In this document: positions 24,716-37,823 of the stretch, piece by piece
How positions within the stretch are numbered: the first letter of the stretch is position 1
How the letters are laid out: each line of letters starts with the position of its first letter
Assembly: GCF_052425735.1 (NCBI RefSeq)
Contig: NC_135770.1
Span: 8,680,001-8,744,000 of the forward strand
Reading direction: 5' to 3'
DNA from: Oculina patagonica
Taxonomy: Eukaryota
DNA: 64,000 nt
Translations under genes and position numbers: made by a program
The notes under the pieces: generated by a model
What the model was told of the DNA's origin: nothing
The model's input: only the letters and a program-made list of their open reading frames with translations
Database searches by the model: none

Positions 24716-25352
24716 GGGCGCGTTTTTTTCATAATTCTCTATTTTCCAATTGCCCATAATACACTTTGTTTGCCCCCAAATTTTGCATAACTATTGTTTT
24801 CATTCTTTGGGAGGACTGCATATTTCCAAACAATAATTTATGCAAAATTTGGGGGGCAAACAAAGTGCATTATGGGCAATGGAAAATAGAGAAGTTTGGA
24901 ATGAGAATGGTTGGTACAGAATGCTAGGAATAATTCGTATTCGGCCGCATTAGAAAACGCCCATGTAGTCGAGATGATATGCGCGGTCCTGACACGAGAA
25001 AACATTGCGTAATAAATATGGCGGCTGACGAATAGGCTGCGATTGCAGCCATTATCACAGCAATTCTTTTACTTAATTAAGAGGAGGAGAAAATTATGGA
25101 AACTGTAATGGATTTGCCGAATGTTCTGGCAGTGCTATTCGCAAAGGAGAGGAGACACATCCCTTGAATCACGGTCTATGCCGTCCGCCATCTTGGATTT
25201 TCATTCACAACATTCTGTTCATTCTGCCCCTGGGAGCAGAGTGGATGGAATGGTGTTCTGTCCATTCCGGAATGGAAAGGGGGAAAAAAAAAAAAGCCCA
25301 TTTCCCCTTCCGGCCCTTCCCCTTCAGAATTGTGAATAAAAAAAACGCGCCC
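24716..25352. mobile_element. PIF/Harbinger-type MITE with a nested palindromic MITE
   Basis: TAA TSD; TIR GGGCGCGTTTTTTT / AAAAAAACGCGCCC. Confidence 0.75.
24735..24893. mobile_element. Palindromic MITE nested in the Harbinger-type MITE
   Basis: ~65-bp inverted arms TTCTCTATTTTCC..TGCCCATAAT..TTTGTTTGCCCCCAAATTTTGCATAA. Confidence 0.8.
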
Positions 25353-26119
25353 TAAGTTTCACCTTACTTTTGATTGCGATAAGGTTGGTGCTTTTAATAT
25401 TTCTTCCAAAATCAGAGAGGGGGGAGAGTTTTTTTTTTTTGGATCGATAAATCCTTCGCTGCGTGAATAAAATATAAGTTCTATTTATGGGCCCGGTGTC
25501 CTGATGTCATTTTGACGAAACTTGTGGCCGGTTCGGTGAATTATTTCAGTGAGATTTCTGAGAGATTTTTTCGAAGCTTAAGCTTATCAAAGTGTACATA
25601 AAGCCTTCACTATAGCCGATGTTTATCACGAAAGTCGAACTGAACAAAATTCTGAATATGCGGTAAAGTCGGCGGTCACTTATTCTAATCCTTACTTAAC
25701 ACTGCTTTACATCGCAGACAAATTAACCTGTTAAATAACAGGAAATTTACATTTGAATATGAAGCTTGAAATGATTCGAAAATAATTTCATGAATTTCGT
25801 AGTCAAGCACCAGACAAAATAAACACAACACGAGGGAAAATTCGATACGAATTTTTCGAATTTCCGCTTATGCGAACAGCAATTTTTGATTTCTTTCTCA
25901 AACAAATGTTCTAATTAATTTATCTTGAAGGCAGTTACATCAAACAAAGTTCCGCCTCAAAGCAGGCACGTAGAAATTGTTTTATGCTGTGCAAGTTCAT
26001 CGGGATGAGCAATTCGTGATACGAAATTAAATGATTACAGTATAAAATGAGGAATAAAGTAAAAATGAGTGCAATTAAAATTAATTGGCTGTTAAAATTT
26101 TACTCTGACTGCTAATTAA

Positions 26120-26153
26120 AATTAGACTACGAGCCCGAGTTTTCTATGAGTAA

Positions 26154-26188
<35 letters not shown>

Positions 26189-26398
26189 TTAGAAAACGAG
26201 GGCGAGTAGTTAATTGTTTTAGTAGAAACTCTAAAGGATTGCAGTCCAAACAAAATATTGTGCACTTTGAAGACAAAAATCAAGAAAATTTACCGCTTAA
26301 AGAGCTACGCGCGGCGACTGTTTTCTATCGGCGAATAGAAAACAGTGGGAGAGCCACGGTGCGGATTTCCAATAGAACACAGCTGAGTTTCTACTAAA
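26120..26398 (+). mobile_element. Hairpin-headed non-autonomous element (possibly Crypton-type); 5' fragment also at ~22520-22565
   Basis: ATTAGACTACGAGCCCGAGTTTTCTATGA occurs at both sites. Hairpin around GAGGCGCAGCCGAG; inverted repeat TTTAGTAGAAACTC / GAGTTTCTACTAAA. Confidence 0.55.
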
Positions 26399-26828
26399 TT
26401 AGATTAGATGAGCCTTAGGTGGCCGAATCCGATTTGACAAGTAAAAGGAATTTTATAAATGCAATAGAAAACTGTATTTCATTATATACAAGTTAATTAA
26501 ATTGCGTACCGGGAAACTGGGAGGTGTACAACATGGAAAATGATTGGGTGGTTGCTATAATATGATTTTAGGCTATTCTAACCTTTGCTCTAAAAGTGTT
26601 AAGAATGGAACTATTTTCTTACTTTTTAAAAAACAGTTCTTGTCAAACTTTGTACACGGAATCATATTGATTGTTACGTTTTTAACATCTTTCAAATATT
26701 TTAGGAAATTTTTAGATCAGCTACAAATCGTTTTTTAAGTATCATTACAAAGTGACTTACTCTAAAGTTTTAGTCTTAAGAGAAAATATTTATTTTGACT
26801 TCATATGCTGGTAATTTCATTTTTTTTT

Positions 26829-26865
26829 ATCATCGCCACCACCACCACCACCACCATCACCATCA

Positions 26866-26907
<42 letters not shown>
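26829..26907. repeat. Compound (CAC)n/(CAT)n microsatellite
   Basis: Direct reading of the sequence. Confidence 0.95.
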
Positions 26908-27594
26908 TTTATGTTGAGCTCAGCAAACTGACATAACAGAGGAAAGCCTTGCTGACAAGAGAAGGGGTAGCTGAGAAGGCTAATGTAATTTGTCGCGTCA
27001 AACTGATAAGTTTCATTTTACTGGCAAATGAATTACATTATCCAAGGTAGATCGAAATTCTAATCCTTTGTACCGATTACCATAGCGGAGTTATTTTCAT
27101 GTGTCTTGTGAGAATGTGGTGTTAAATCAAGACACTACGGTTATCTTTTTTATTTGTCCCTTGTCTGCATTTATAGGAGGAGTTAATGACCATCCCTTTC
27201 TAGAGCAAAATGCAGAGTTCTGGTTTTGAAAGGGATGTAAGATAGCTTAGACTTGCCAACAGGCAATCGATTAATTCTTTTTAGACGACTTATTGTATCT
27301 ATAAGAAAATTCTCGATTGTGATTGGCTCTGTGTGTACCTATTTGTCGCGTAACTGGCGTGCAATCACGTGGGTGTCCAATTAAAAGTATCCAATTTGAA
27401 CAACTTTAAGTAGGATATCTGTAATTGTACACCTACACCATTCGCGGGTGAATCATATGCACTTAGATGGGTGTTCCTTGCTGTTTTCCTACAGTTTGTA
27501 AAACTGATCGAATATGCCTATGACTTTTTCATACAAAAAAGCTTCTCAAAGACTTCCTTACTCCTTACCTGAAAATTTGTTATAGATGCGATTT

Positions 27595-27740
27595 ATTAGT
27601 AATTGGACCTCGTGTTGTACAATTCAGAGTAATCGTGTTCGTAATTTCAATCTGCCTCGAGCTGCGCGCTAGGCCAATTTGAAATTACTCGCGCTATTGC
27701 TTCCTGAATCGTACTCCACTCAGTCCGATTAATATTACAA
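27595..27740. repeat. Imperfect long hairpin at the end of an interspersed repeat (~27290-27740)
   Basis: GTAATTTCAA..GCCTCGAGCTGCGCGCTAGGC..TTGAAATTAC core, with flanking GGAC..GTAC.ATTCAG / CTGAATCGTAC..GTCC. Confidence 0.6.
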
Positions 27741-30700
27741 ATAGTTGGACAGACTTTTGGACGCCAAGAGGCAATGTTATCCCAAACCCATTCACGGTGA
27801 AAAATGAAAAGCTGTAATGGGGATGTTACACAATACTGCGCTCTATTTTTTTGTTTATTTTGTTGCGGTGATGTTGCAAAATAAGAATTTAGTTTTAGTT
27901 CGAGAAATGCTTATACTGCAATGTGTTGAGGTTAACCAATAATTAAAGTTGGTAAGTTAATTCCTTTTACAATGTTTTTTTCCATTACACATCGTCTGCC
28001 AACTTTATTTATCTATGCTTCAATGCTTTAATGGTCAATTTAACTTCTTTTGAATATCCAAGCTCATTCATCATTTTACTGACGTTACTTTAACCCTAAT
28101 TAAACAGCTAATATCATCAAAGTCGGCCTTCTTCGTTACATTTTTAAAGAGTATGTTTTTATTGAGGGACTTATTTGATTGGTTGAAATCCTGTGGGTTT
28201 ACGGCTTCAAAATGGATTTGGCATCACTTCAATTTTTTACGTTTAAAAAAAAAACTTCAATACCATTCGAATTCGCTATTTTAAGAACCATATGCATAAA
28301 TATTGGAGAGTCCCCAAAAGAAAATTAAAATGTGAGTTCTTGAAGACTAAACAATTTTTAAAGTTAAAGTATTTACATGTGTATGAATATTCTGCCCTCT
28401 TTAATGATTCAGTCAATGTCCGCACAAATTTGCTTGCCTATGTTTTAAAACCATTATTCCTTCGGCCTGCGAATCTACTGGTCGATCCAATTATGAAGTA
28501 ATTTTTTTATTTTTATATATTTCAAACACGGAAAAAATGTAACCTAGAAGCGTTCCTTTTTTGTTTGATTGACGTTTGGCCATTTTGGCGCCAGGAAGTC
28601 GCGCAATTAATAAGAAGTGATGTATGGTCCATTAAAAGAACTTTATTATTCCTTGTTCTTATAAACATCGGTTAAAATCGATGGATATTTCTTAGTTAAT
28701 CACGTTTCCTGTCAAACACAATCTGTTCATATGGCACATCACGCAAAAACGCAATGAATAATTTAAGTAAAGGAAATTCCATATACATACAGTTCGCAGC
28801 GTGTAATTTTTCACAAATATTGTCATACCTGGAAACGTGAAAAGGTAAGATCTGCTTTTTTAATGATCTCTTTTCTTCCAACAATTGCCAGGGAAGCTGG
28901 TGTAAGTTAAACGTAAATATATTCGATAAAAAAGAATGATTTTTGCCTCGCAAGAAAGGATAATTTATGAGATAGAATACCGACAAGCATTTTCCTCCGG
29001 AATTTTAATAATTCTACTCGTTTGATATGATGTTGAAACGGTATAGATATAAAAACGATCTAAAAAAGGTTTTCAATATTGCTTACATTGAGGTTTGACG
29101 GCTTTAAACATAACAATGAGTTAAAATGTTGTCTTTTGAAATGACTAAGTAACAATTGGGGAACATTTCATCAAAAGCCGGCTCACAGGTTCTGTATTGA
29201 ATAAAAGATTCACAATGGGATAAAAACGAAAAAAAGCTTATTAATGGAACTAAATGCTCAAAAGAATTATTTTTAAATATACTCCATGCTTTTTTAAAGT
29301 TACCGAGGTAACGCTTTTTTACAGGCCAGAGTGGACGATTTTTTTTTATTCTTAAACGTGCAAACACTAGTATAATTTCCCGGATTTCGTCTTGAAATCG
29401 TCGAGTTTGTTCTGTGACCGCTGTGAATTCACAAGAATACATTCTCAATTACTATCTGTAACCATAAAATAAGTAAACAAATAGAGCGATTCTTCATTCA
29501 GCGATTCGCTCTCTTTAACTACCGAGCCAAACATTTCAGAGTGGCAAAAATATAAATTGCCAACGACGATTATTTTGTAAAAATATCATGTTTCGTATAT
29601 AGCGAGGAGAAATCCTCGCTTACATTTAATAACCTTCGTATCTAAACGCAGTGCATGTGAAATACAGAAATGACGAAATTCTGGATATTTTTTATCGACA
29701 AATGTGTCTCAAATGTTTTCAAAAAAACTAGTTGGATTTTGGAACAGTTTCGTTTTATGCTAAATTTAAAAATAATTTACCTAACCCTAGCTCGTCTAAG
29801 ACTTGTTTTACGAAAAATAGTAGAGTACTTTAGCTTTCCGCATTTCAGTAGAGTTCAAAACTTCTGACGTCGTAAAATGGAGCTCGCATTTAATCCTATT
29901 ACATGTAATCCGTCAATTTTATTTAATTGTTTGCGGTGGCTATTTTCAGAGCTATTTTCCCAATGATTCCGCCCCTTGCAGGCACAAAGAAAAGACATAA
30001 TCCCTATTTTCTAAACATCTTTTTTGACCTTCTATTAAAAGTACGAACCAAGTAAAAGCGCGCTCTTCACAGCAAGGGGTTCGACGCGTTGCTAAGTCTT
30101 CAGACAAAACACGAATAAATCGTATTGAATTTAAGCAGGTACGCTTCAAAGCACTGAAAATTAACATTTTTTCCTGAATTCCCACTTATTGGTTTGTTGC
30201 TAAACCAATAATTACCGCTGAAAATCTTACTTCTGCTAAACTCTACTCCGTATACCACGAGATAAAAAAAAAAACAACAATTTTTAAACTGTACTGAATT
30301 TGACTCAGACAAATAAAACTATTCGAGTCTGAATCTGAAAAACGAAATGATACACATGCATGTGACCGAAGCCTAATTTCTTCTTTCCATATTCATACGT
30401 TGTCAAGCAAACAAGTATTGAGAATAAAAAAAATGCATGGCTGTTTATTAACTCCCTTATCATTTAGAACTTTGAAGCGCGCGAAGTAAAGTTTCGATAC
30501 TTAGCGACAACAGCCATAGTTAGTAGAGGAGATATCGAGCTAAGTTTCGAACCTTCGGCAAAATCATGTTTGCCGGAGGCAAGGTTAAATTAGTTTTCCA
30601 ACTGTTTGAAAATACAAATATATTATCTCTAAGAAGGTTTTTTTTTGCCTACGGTCGGTTTTATTCTTAATGTCAAAGGCTTTGAATTTCTTAACAAGAA

Positions 30701-32636
30701 CTTTCCATGCATTGAAACTATCATGCTATACTTTCGAAATAATCACGAAATATTCCAAATTCGAAAAAGAAAGAATCAACAAACGCAGTTAAATTTCAGT
30801 GGCGAAATAAAAGAAATATGGCCTTTATGAGTTCAAAATTACCGTCGACCCCATGCAATAAATAATCTCTTTATGATATTGTGCGAGATTATCCCCAAAT
30901 GCGATTCATGTTGAGTTCGCCATTTCATAGGCGAGATATCACGTGCTAAAACTTAAGAGATTTTTCGGCCAAAGTTTAATTTCAAAGGCAACTTCATCTA
31001 CAAGAATATCTATATCTGCGGTCGGTAGATGAAGCTCTTAATCTCTCTAAATGCAGTCGCTACGTTACCCCCAGGGCGTAATCGAGGACACCCCGCCAAA
31101 AGCTCGGTCAAGTTTTCTTTAATTTCTTTCGTTGATCTATTCGTAATTAATGTTTGAGTTAGGAGTAAACTGCGCGATACAAAAGACATACAAATTTTGT
31201 GGGTTCGAAAGCGTATCGAATCAAAACTAAAAGAATTGAATAGAATTTTCGCCTGTCTTGTTTTGAACCAATTTAGATACCATCCAGCGACCTACGCGTT
31301 CCATTAAAAAGTTCCTTGCCTTAGGCTGTTTGAAGTTTTGCCATGACGGCCGCGCGAGTGTAACTAGGTTTTAAATAGTTGCAATATCATTCGCCCTAAA
31401 CGCCGCCCGATAATTTTCGTGAGCAATTTGTGACATTTCAAGATGTAAAGTTGCTGTAGTTTCAAGATGAAGTTCCGGTGACGCAAAACAGTTCTGCATT
31501 TCCTCGTGTGACTCACATCAAAAAGGGAAAACGCTTCTCGGTACGGTCGCAATAAACGACGCGTAAATTGACTAGCTGACTGTAGAATACAAAGCGAAGG
31601 GTGTTTAAGGGTGCAACCGATAGAGTTTTTTTTTAATTCGGCCCTCTACACAAAGCCTATTGAAGGTAAGCAGTTTAGTTTGTTTTGTTTTAGTTAAGAC
31701 AAATGAAAGTTTTTACCCTCGGGGGAAAGAAAAACTAACTTATATCATGTGGAGTAGCTAAGCTTGTCTTTAACTAACATGGAACTTTCTAGAAAATGCC
31801 TGAGACACAACACATATGGTTATAGAACAATTCAATATTTTGCCTTTCTAACTTAATGACTGGATTTTCCGTTCAGGGGGTTTAAGCTTACCTTTCGCGA
31901 ATTTTCTATTAAGATACAAATTAAACTTTGGGTTTTAAAACATTGGTCGCATATCAAAAACAATCTTTTAGAGTAATTTCACATTGAATCTGTCAGTAGC
32001 TTTTAAATTTCTTAGTCGTATAAAGAAAGTAATTGTAAGAGAACTTGTCTTCTATGTATGAGAAATTACCAGGTGCACTTGCAGAAATTCGCAAAGATCA
32101 ATAATTTTTGTAGGAATTCACAACTTAAACTGCACAAAAAAAAATCAACGCAAATCGATCTTTGAGAAACACTGTGCTTTGCGTTTTAAAAGTGTATTTT
32201 TACTATTTGCGTCATAAAAGTGAAAAACCCACAAACGAGAAACAATGACATGGCAAAATCGTTTCGAAAGTTTTCCGCTTAGGACTAAAATGTTTAACAA
32301 GATAGCTTTTTTTAATGGCACGCTTCGTCGCCAGTAATCTATTTTTTTCTTTTTTTTTTCAACTATATGATACCACCAAACAATCGATTGAGAGGCTCAA
32401 AATTTGCGTAGCTGTAGAAGTTGTTGACATTTGGAAGACACAAAACTGATACGGAATTGAAATTCAATTTGGCCATTTTCAAGGGCTTTGCTCGCGGCTT
32501 TTAGATAAAACCGAGGGTTTATTTAAGTTGAAGCGCATTGCGGCAAACAGGGCGACAAGATCGCTACCGCAAGCTGAAATCGCGGCTAATTTTTGGTCGC
32601 TTAAAGTCGCTTAAAGAAGGTACTGGCTAGTGTTTT

Positions 32637-32650
32637 GTTTCCATGGTAAT
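32637..32650. promoter_or_regulatory. RFX X-box-like motif upstream of the 33541 gene
   Basis: GTTTCCATGGTAAT has one mismatch to GTTTCCATGGTAAC; a donor-like TG|GTGAGT lies at ~32922. Confidence 0.45.
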
Positions 32651-33540
32651 AAGAAAGAAAAACAGTGTGGGTCCACGTTTGCAGCTGTCCGCACGCGCGA
32701 TTGTTTTTGACAACATCGCAGGGGATCTGCTATAAGCGAAGCACGTCACAAAGCCGAAAGAGTTGGCCGTAAATAATAACAATTAATACTCCCCATCAGC
32801 CACTTCATAACAGGAGCTATTTGCCAGTGACTCGCTATGATAAAGCAAAGAAGGGAACTGGTTTAAATTTGGAAAGAAATTTCAAGTTCGATCGTGGTAC
32901 GATGTTGTAGCTTGTGCAAATGGTGAGTTTCTACACCTAATTAACGTGGCCAAGAATCCACCGCAAATGGAAAAATAATTGTTCTCGCTAGACACAAAAG
33001 TCGATTCGCCAGCAAGGATGTGCAGCGTTCAGCAGACGATTTTCATAGCAACTTAAACAAAACAACTCGACATCTATCACGTAGTGTGAATTTTTCATGC
33101 GCTTATATTAAAATCGAAAGGCGCGTTTCCTTCACTAAAATGCCGTATACTCTGGATTTAAATTAATTCGTCAATTTTATGTGCAACGCTTCATCCTTCC
33201 TTGACAGGTACACTTCAATGGTCATAATTGCATTTATTTTTTCGTTTCAGTTTCGGCGGCACATTAACAATGAAACAGGCTACTGTGTATAAGATTGGCT
33301 TTCACAAAGCGAGAAGAAAAGATTTCAAACTTAGCGTCTTTAACGTAAACTTAGATTCAATTACTCAACATTGCTTCATCTCCAGTTTCATGTTCCAGTT
33401 AAAATAGTGTTCCCATCACCGGCGTCATGTTACTAATATATTTGTTCTTACAAAAGAAACTTCCCTTGTTTCGACAGGTTAAAAAACAACGTCGAAATCA
33501 TTTGAGGTGATGCCGCCCGTCAGACGAGTACAGGCGAAGT

Positions 33541-34218
33541 ATGGAGAACACAACTGAGAACTACCGCAGAATACCGCCGCGAAGCAAATTCAACGATGAA
33601 GAATCAACGGCAGTTTTGCGGCTTATTATAGAGCAAGAGCGACTGCTTAAGAACCCCGCAAATCCTGTTCTAAACATAACTAGTGACAAATTGAAACGGC
33701 TTCCTCCTTTAAACGGGAAAATGCAAGATTCTTTCAGTGACTCCGGCTCAGATTCTAGCTCAGGATTCGAGCCTCATCGGAATCAACGAAAACACAGATC
33801 TGCGGAGGACGACGTTGTCCTTAGCAGACCAACACTTTTAAAAGGAAAAGAACTTCGTGGGTCTGAGGAACCTGCGTCGATGGGTAAGCCGAAAGTTCCA
33901 GAAATTTATAGCACGCCGAAAATCGCGCGCCCTCGAGACCGCGAGAGGCCACGCGCGTCATATGGAAGAAACTCTCAAAATCGTAGTAACAGCACCGTAA
34001 CACTCCCTCAAGCGAAAACCACCGAAGACTATAACAGTTTTTCTACGACGGAGGTCGATTTAAACAGACCGTCAAATCCTACGCCGTTTATACACGTGGA
34101 TGACTTGGGAAATCCTGATGAAAATACATCTAGAACTTCATACAATCAGAGTATATGCTATGACAGCGACGAAGATAAAATTGAAACTACAGAAACCTAC
34201 ACTTCCTACATAAATTAA
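33541..34218 (+). CDS. Orphan protein, 225 aa, single coding exon, paralogue of 17243..17770
   Basis: Long ORF preceded by a polypyrimidine/CAG acceptor at ~33477. Disordered, rich in S/R/D/E, with N-terminal motifs shared with the 17770 ORF. Confidence 0.8.
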   Translation: MENTTENYRRIPPRSKFNDEESTAVLRLIIEQERLLKNPANPVLNITSDKLKRLPPLNGKMQDSFSDSGSDSSSGFEPHRNQRKHRSAEDDVVLSRPTLLKGKELRGSEEPASMGKPKVPEIYSTPKIARPRDRERPRASYGRNSQNRSNSTVTLPQAKTTEDYNSFSTTEVDLNRPSNPTPFIHVDDLGNPDENTSRTSYNQSICYDSDEDKIETTETYTSYIN

Positions 34219-37200
34219 CGCAAAATCTGGTTTTCTATCGACGAAATAAGCGAGTAGTGCTCACGGAAAGATGATGCTTGCTTCCAGTAATTTTTTTTAA
34301 TTGCTACTTTCAACCAAGAAACTCTTGTTTCAACGTCAGCTTAGCTAACTATTTATGTTAAGGATATGTTTCAAAAAGTAAGATTTTGTCTTCTACCAAA
34401 CCAATCGAACAAGAAATAGTACATTAATTCTAGAGTAACGCAAGTATATTTTTATATGTTATTACAACCGTCACGATTTGACATGACAGTCAAAGAGAAC
34501 TAAAATCTACTCGAGCTAAGATGGCATTAAGAAAAAAAAAAAAAAAAACGGCAGCCTGGCCCTTGAAATTAAAGAGTAAAACATCTTTCGTATGATATTA
34601 CATCACTGCTTTAATTTAAACACTCGTATTCTCGGGATTTACTTAATTTTGAGATGACCTTCCAATATCCCGCAGTCCGCAATTAGTCTTTCGTTTTCCA
34701 AAGCAAATATCTTTCAAGTGAAACACAGGTGAAAGGTTTCTTGCCTAACAAACGTCATAATTATGTGTTATGATGCAATATCTTTTCGCCAGTAGGCATT
34801 CTGTGAAATATCTATCTATCTGATTTTTTTTTTTTTAAGTTCAATCTGCTAGCGACCAGATCTTTCAATTAATTCACTATTATATTGGACGGCGCAGCAG
34901 GTAGTATGCTCCCCCAGAGCAATCAAATTTGCTCCATTGTGTAGTAACCTCGACCGCAACATGAATGCAATTTAGCGAGGGTCTTTAGCAGTGCGCGCGA
35001 CCCTAGCGCGGTTATAAAGAATAACATTCAACTCCACTAGCGCCTAGCTAGTGAAAGAGACACTAGTTAAAATGTTTATACCAGAAACGTGTAAAAACGT
35101 GTACAAAGGTTTAATGTGACAAATATTAAAAATCGCCGGAAGAAAAATAAAATTCTATTTCAAGTCACTGGTCGGGTTTTGTTTTTATCCAAACATGCAC
35201 AATATCGCTACAGCCCCATGAATTGAAACAATGTTGGGAAAAATATCTCCGGGCCTTACAGGAAATCAACAGATCCAGTTATCTCAATGCGCAGTGCAGT
35301 AAAGAACAATTGATTTTGCATCATTCAAGAGGGCCTTTGACTCTTTCAAACAGAAAAGTTAAATGAGCTCGCCATATTTAAAATTAGAAACTTAGTTTGA
35401 GAAGTAATATTTCAAATGGTGTTTTCCCCTTGAAAATTAAAAAGCGTTATAAAACGTTTTTTAGTATTTTATTTTTTCGCGACAGCATGAAAAATAATTG
35501 ACTTTGAACTGAGTTCATTTCTGCAGTCGAGCGCCTTAAGGACACATAAAAAACTAACACAAAGCTCATTTTTCAAAACATGTTTGTTATCTGTCTTTAG
35601 CAGTGTGTGGTTTACTTGTATTTGAATTTCACGAAGTTCAATTTTTTTTTAAATGTTAATTCCAGCTAGCACAGAATTTGATTGGTTGCCTGAAGAAGCA
35701 TTCGATCAACACGCCCCGGGCGATACCGCTACGAGCACGTTTTAACCGTTTTCGTTTTATAACGCTTTTTAACGGCACGCGCGTTCACGGATCTCGCTTT
35801 TTCCTGAAATGACGTTGCAATTTGTAAGCGGACCAAAGTCTAGAACAAGAAAATTCGCAACAAAAGCATGTCCATTAAAACAATTTGAAAAACAAATCCA
35901 CCGAGGCAGCTGTTTCGATGTTAATTTTCCCTCGCCATTGTTTTGTTATCTAACACAAATATCAACAAAAAAAATGACTAATTTAACATACCACCTATTG
36001 AAGAATTAACAAAGCTGTTCAAACCTTGACATCGCTATCTTGTCGAAAAAAAAAATTGAATAGAAAATTCGTTCAAAAGCGATAATATATACAAGAACTG
36101 TAAGTTAATATAGATAAAACTGAGAATTATCACAAAAAATTTACCTGTCTTTATTCGAGGAGAATTGACGTAACCGTTCTACTTTCGTACGAAGAATAAA
36201 TTGAAGCTTTTAAAGGTTTCTAGTAGAATGCCAAAAATAGCGATTTTATTTGGCATCACTACCGTAAAAAATCATTTTGAGAAATGAAAATTATTGCTAT
36301 ACTTCATTAAAAAATCCCGCCTTTAGGCAAACTTTCAGCTAACTGTTAATAAATTGCTTTTAAAATATAAAATAGAGCCACAATAAAAGTTAAAACATTT
36401 GCATGCAATACATCTCTTATAAAAAGTTTCTTATGTTTTAAAACATGTATATTTTCGAATATTTTTAATATTTTGGTTGTTTAGAAATATATACTTTGCT
36501 TAAATGCAATAGCACTTTTCAAAACACGAACATGCATGCATGTTAAACATGGTTCGTGTTCATTTTATCCCGGCGAATTTCGGCGTAACTGTTCAAACGT
36601 AACTCATAAAAAAACACTTTTTTCTCGGCGGTTCATTTATTTTCATTTTGCGTAATATCCAAATTTGGCTCAGCGTGATTCATACGATTCAACAACTCTT
36701 CACTTGAAAAAAAAAAAGAATATTAAAAATTCCTGCCTGCTACGTGCACACATCGAACGGGAAACTGAACTAAAAATTCCGTTGGGAACAAAAGCTATGT
36801 TTGCTATAAGCTGGATTAAAATTCGTTTTATCGGTGTTCATTGAGTTAACACCAATGCGTTAACTGCGCGTGGGCTGGGATTAATGGGCTAAAAACGGAA
36901 TAAGAAATCGGAGACCTGTTTCGACCGGGAAAAACTTCTTCAATAAATAATTTATTACACAGTGCATCATTGCGCTTACATGCAAACAAACACACCTTGT
37001 AAAAATGGTCAGTTTCCAGTAGCTGAGATATTCACTGTAAACAAACCAATCCTCGTATATAACGAACAATACTGATATAAAGTTCACATTTTTACACAAA
37101 GTTTGTTTATTTCAAGCAAGCACTAAGCCAAACGAATTTCGTGACGCTTCTTCGAGGAATTTGTAGTCGTAGCAATTATAAAATTCTAGTTCAACTCCCC

Positions 37201-37383
37201 CACGAAACCGCAAATAACAATAACAATAACAGAAAAACAATGCTAAGTGATTAACTTTGCAAAAGAAAGAAAGGCCACCTGGTAGAGACTGTTGACAAAA
37301 AGCTGAACTCGATACCAACCGGGAACGACACGCCGTTATAACTAGATTATTCACAGTCCCCTATATTTCCGTGTCGTCGTTTA

Positions 37384-37823
37384 AGCCTGGTTCTCATATA
37401 ATCGCCCCGATCGTTTTTATTATATCGCCTCTGTCACTTCAAAAAGTTTTTTGCGATCGGGGCGATTATATGAGAAATTTACACAGGCGATCGCTAACGT
37501 CCGCGGCGATTGGAGCTCGCAATCGCTTGGATCACCCGTGTTCTATCCTTCTAGCTTCTCTTTCTCTTCTTCGCTGTAAAACTGTTATAACTGACAAAAA
37601 AAGGAGGCCACGACTTTTGCTCTTTCATTGAAGGCTGCCATTGTGTTGGATCTAGGACTAAAATGATTGTTTTTCGTAGGTCTTCGCTCATACCAGGCGA
37701 TCGGGACGATCTTATGAGAGCCCCCGCTTATGAGAGAGCTTCCCCGATCGCTTCGATCGTCTTAGTTTTTGCAAACGATTGATGCGATAGAAACGATCGG
37801 GGCGATCATCTGAGAATCAGGCT
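37384..37823 (+). mobile_element. PIF/Harbinger-type MITE, complete
   Basis: TTA TSD; TIR AGCCTGGTTCTCATATAATCGCCCCGATCG / CGATCGGGGCGATCATCTGAGAATCAGGCT. Confidence 0.85.

Noticed and set aside
26829-26907. Possible poly-His coding exon
   Set aside because: No surrounding ORF or splice context; it is a simple microsatellite.
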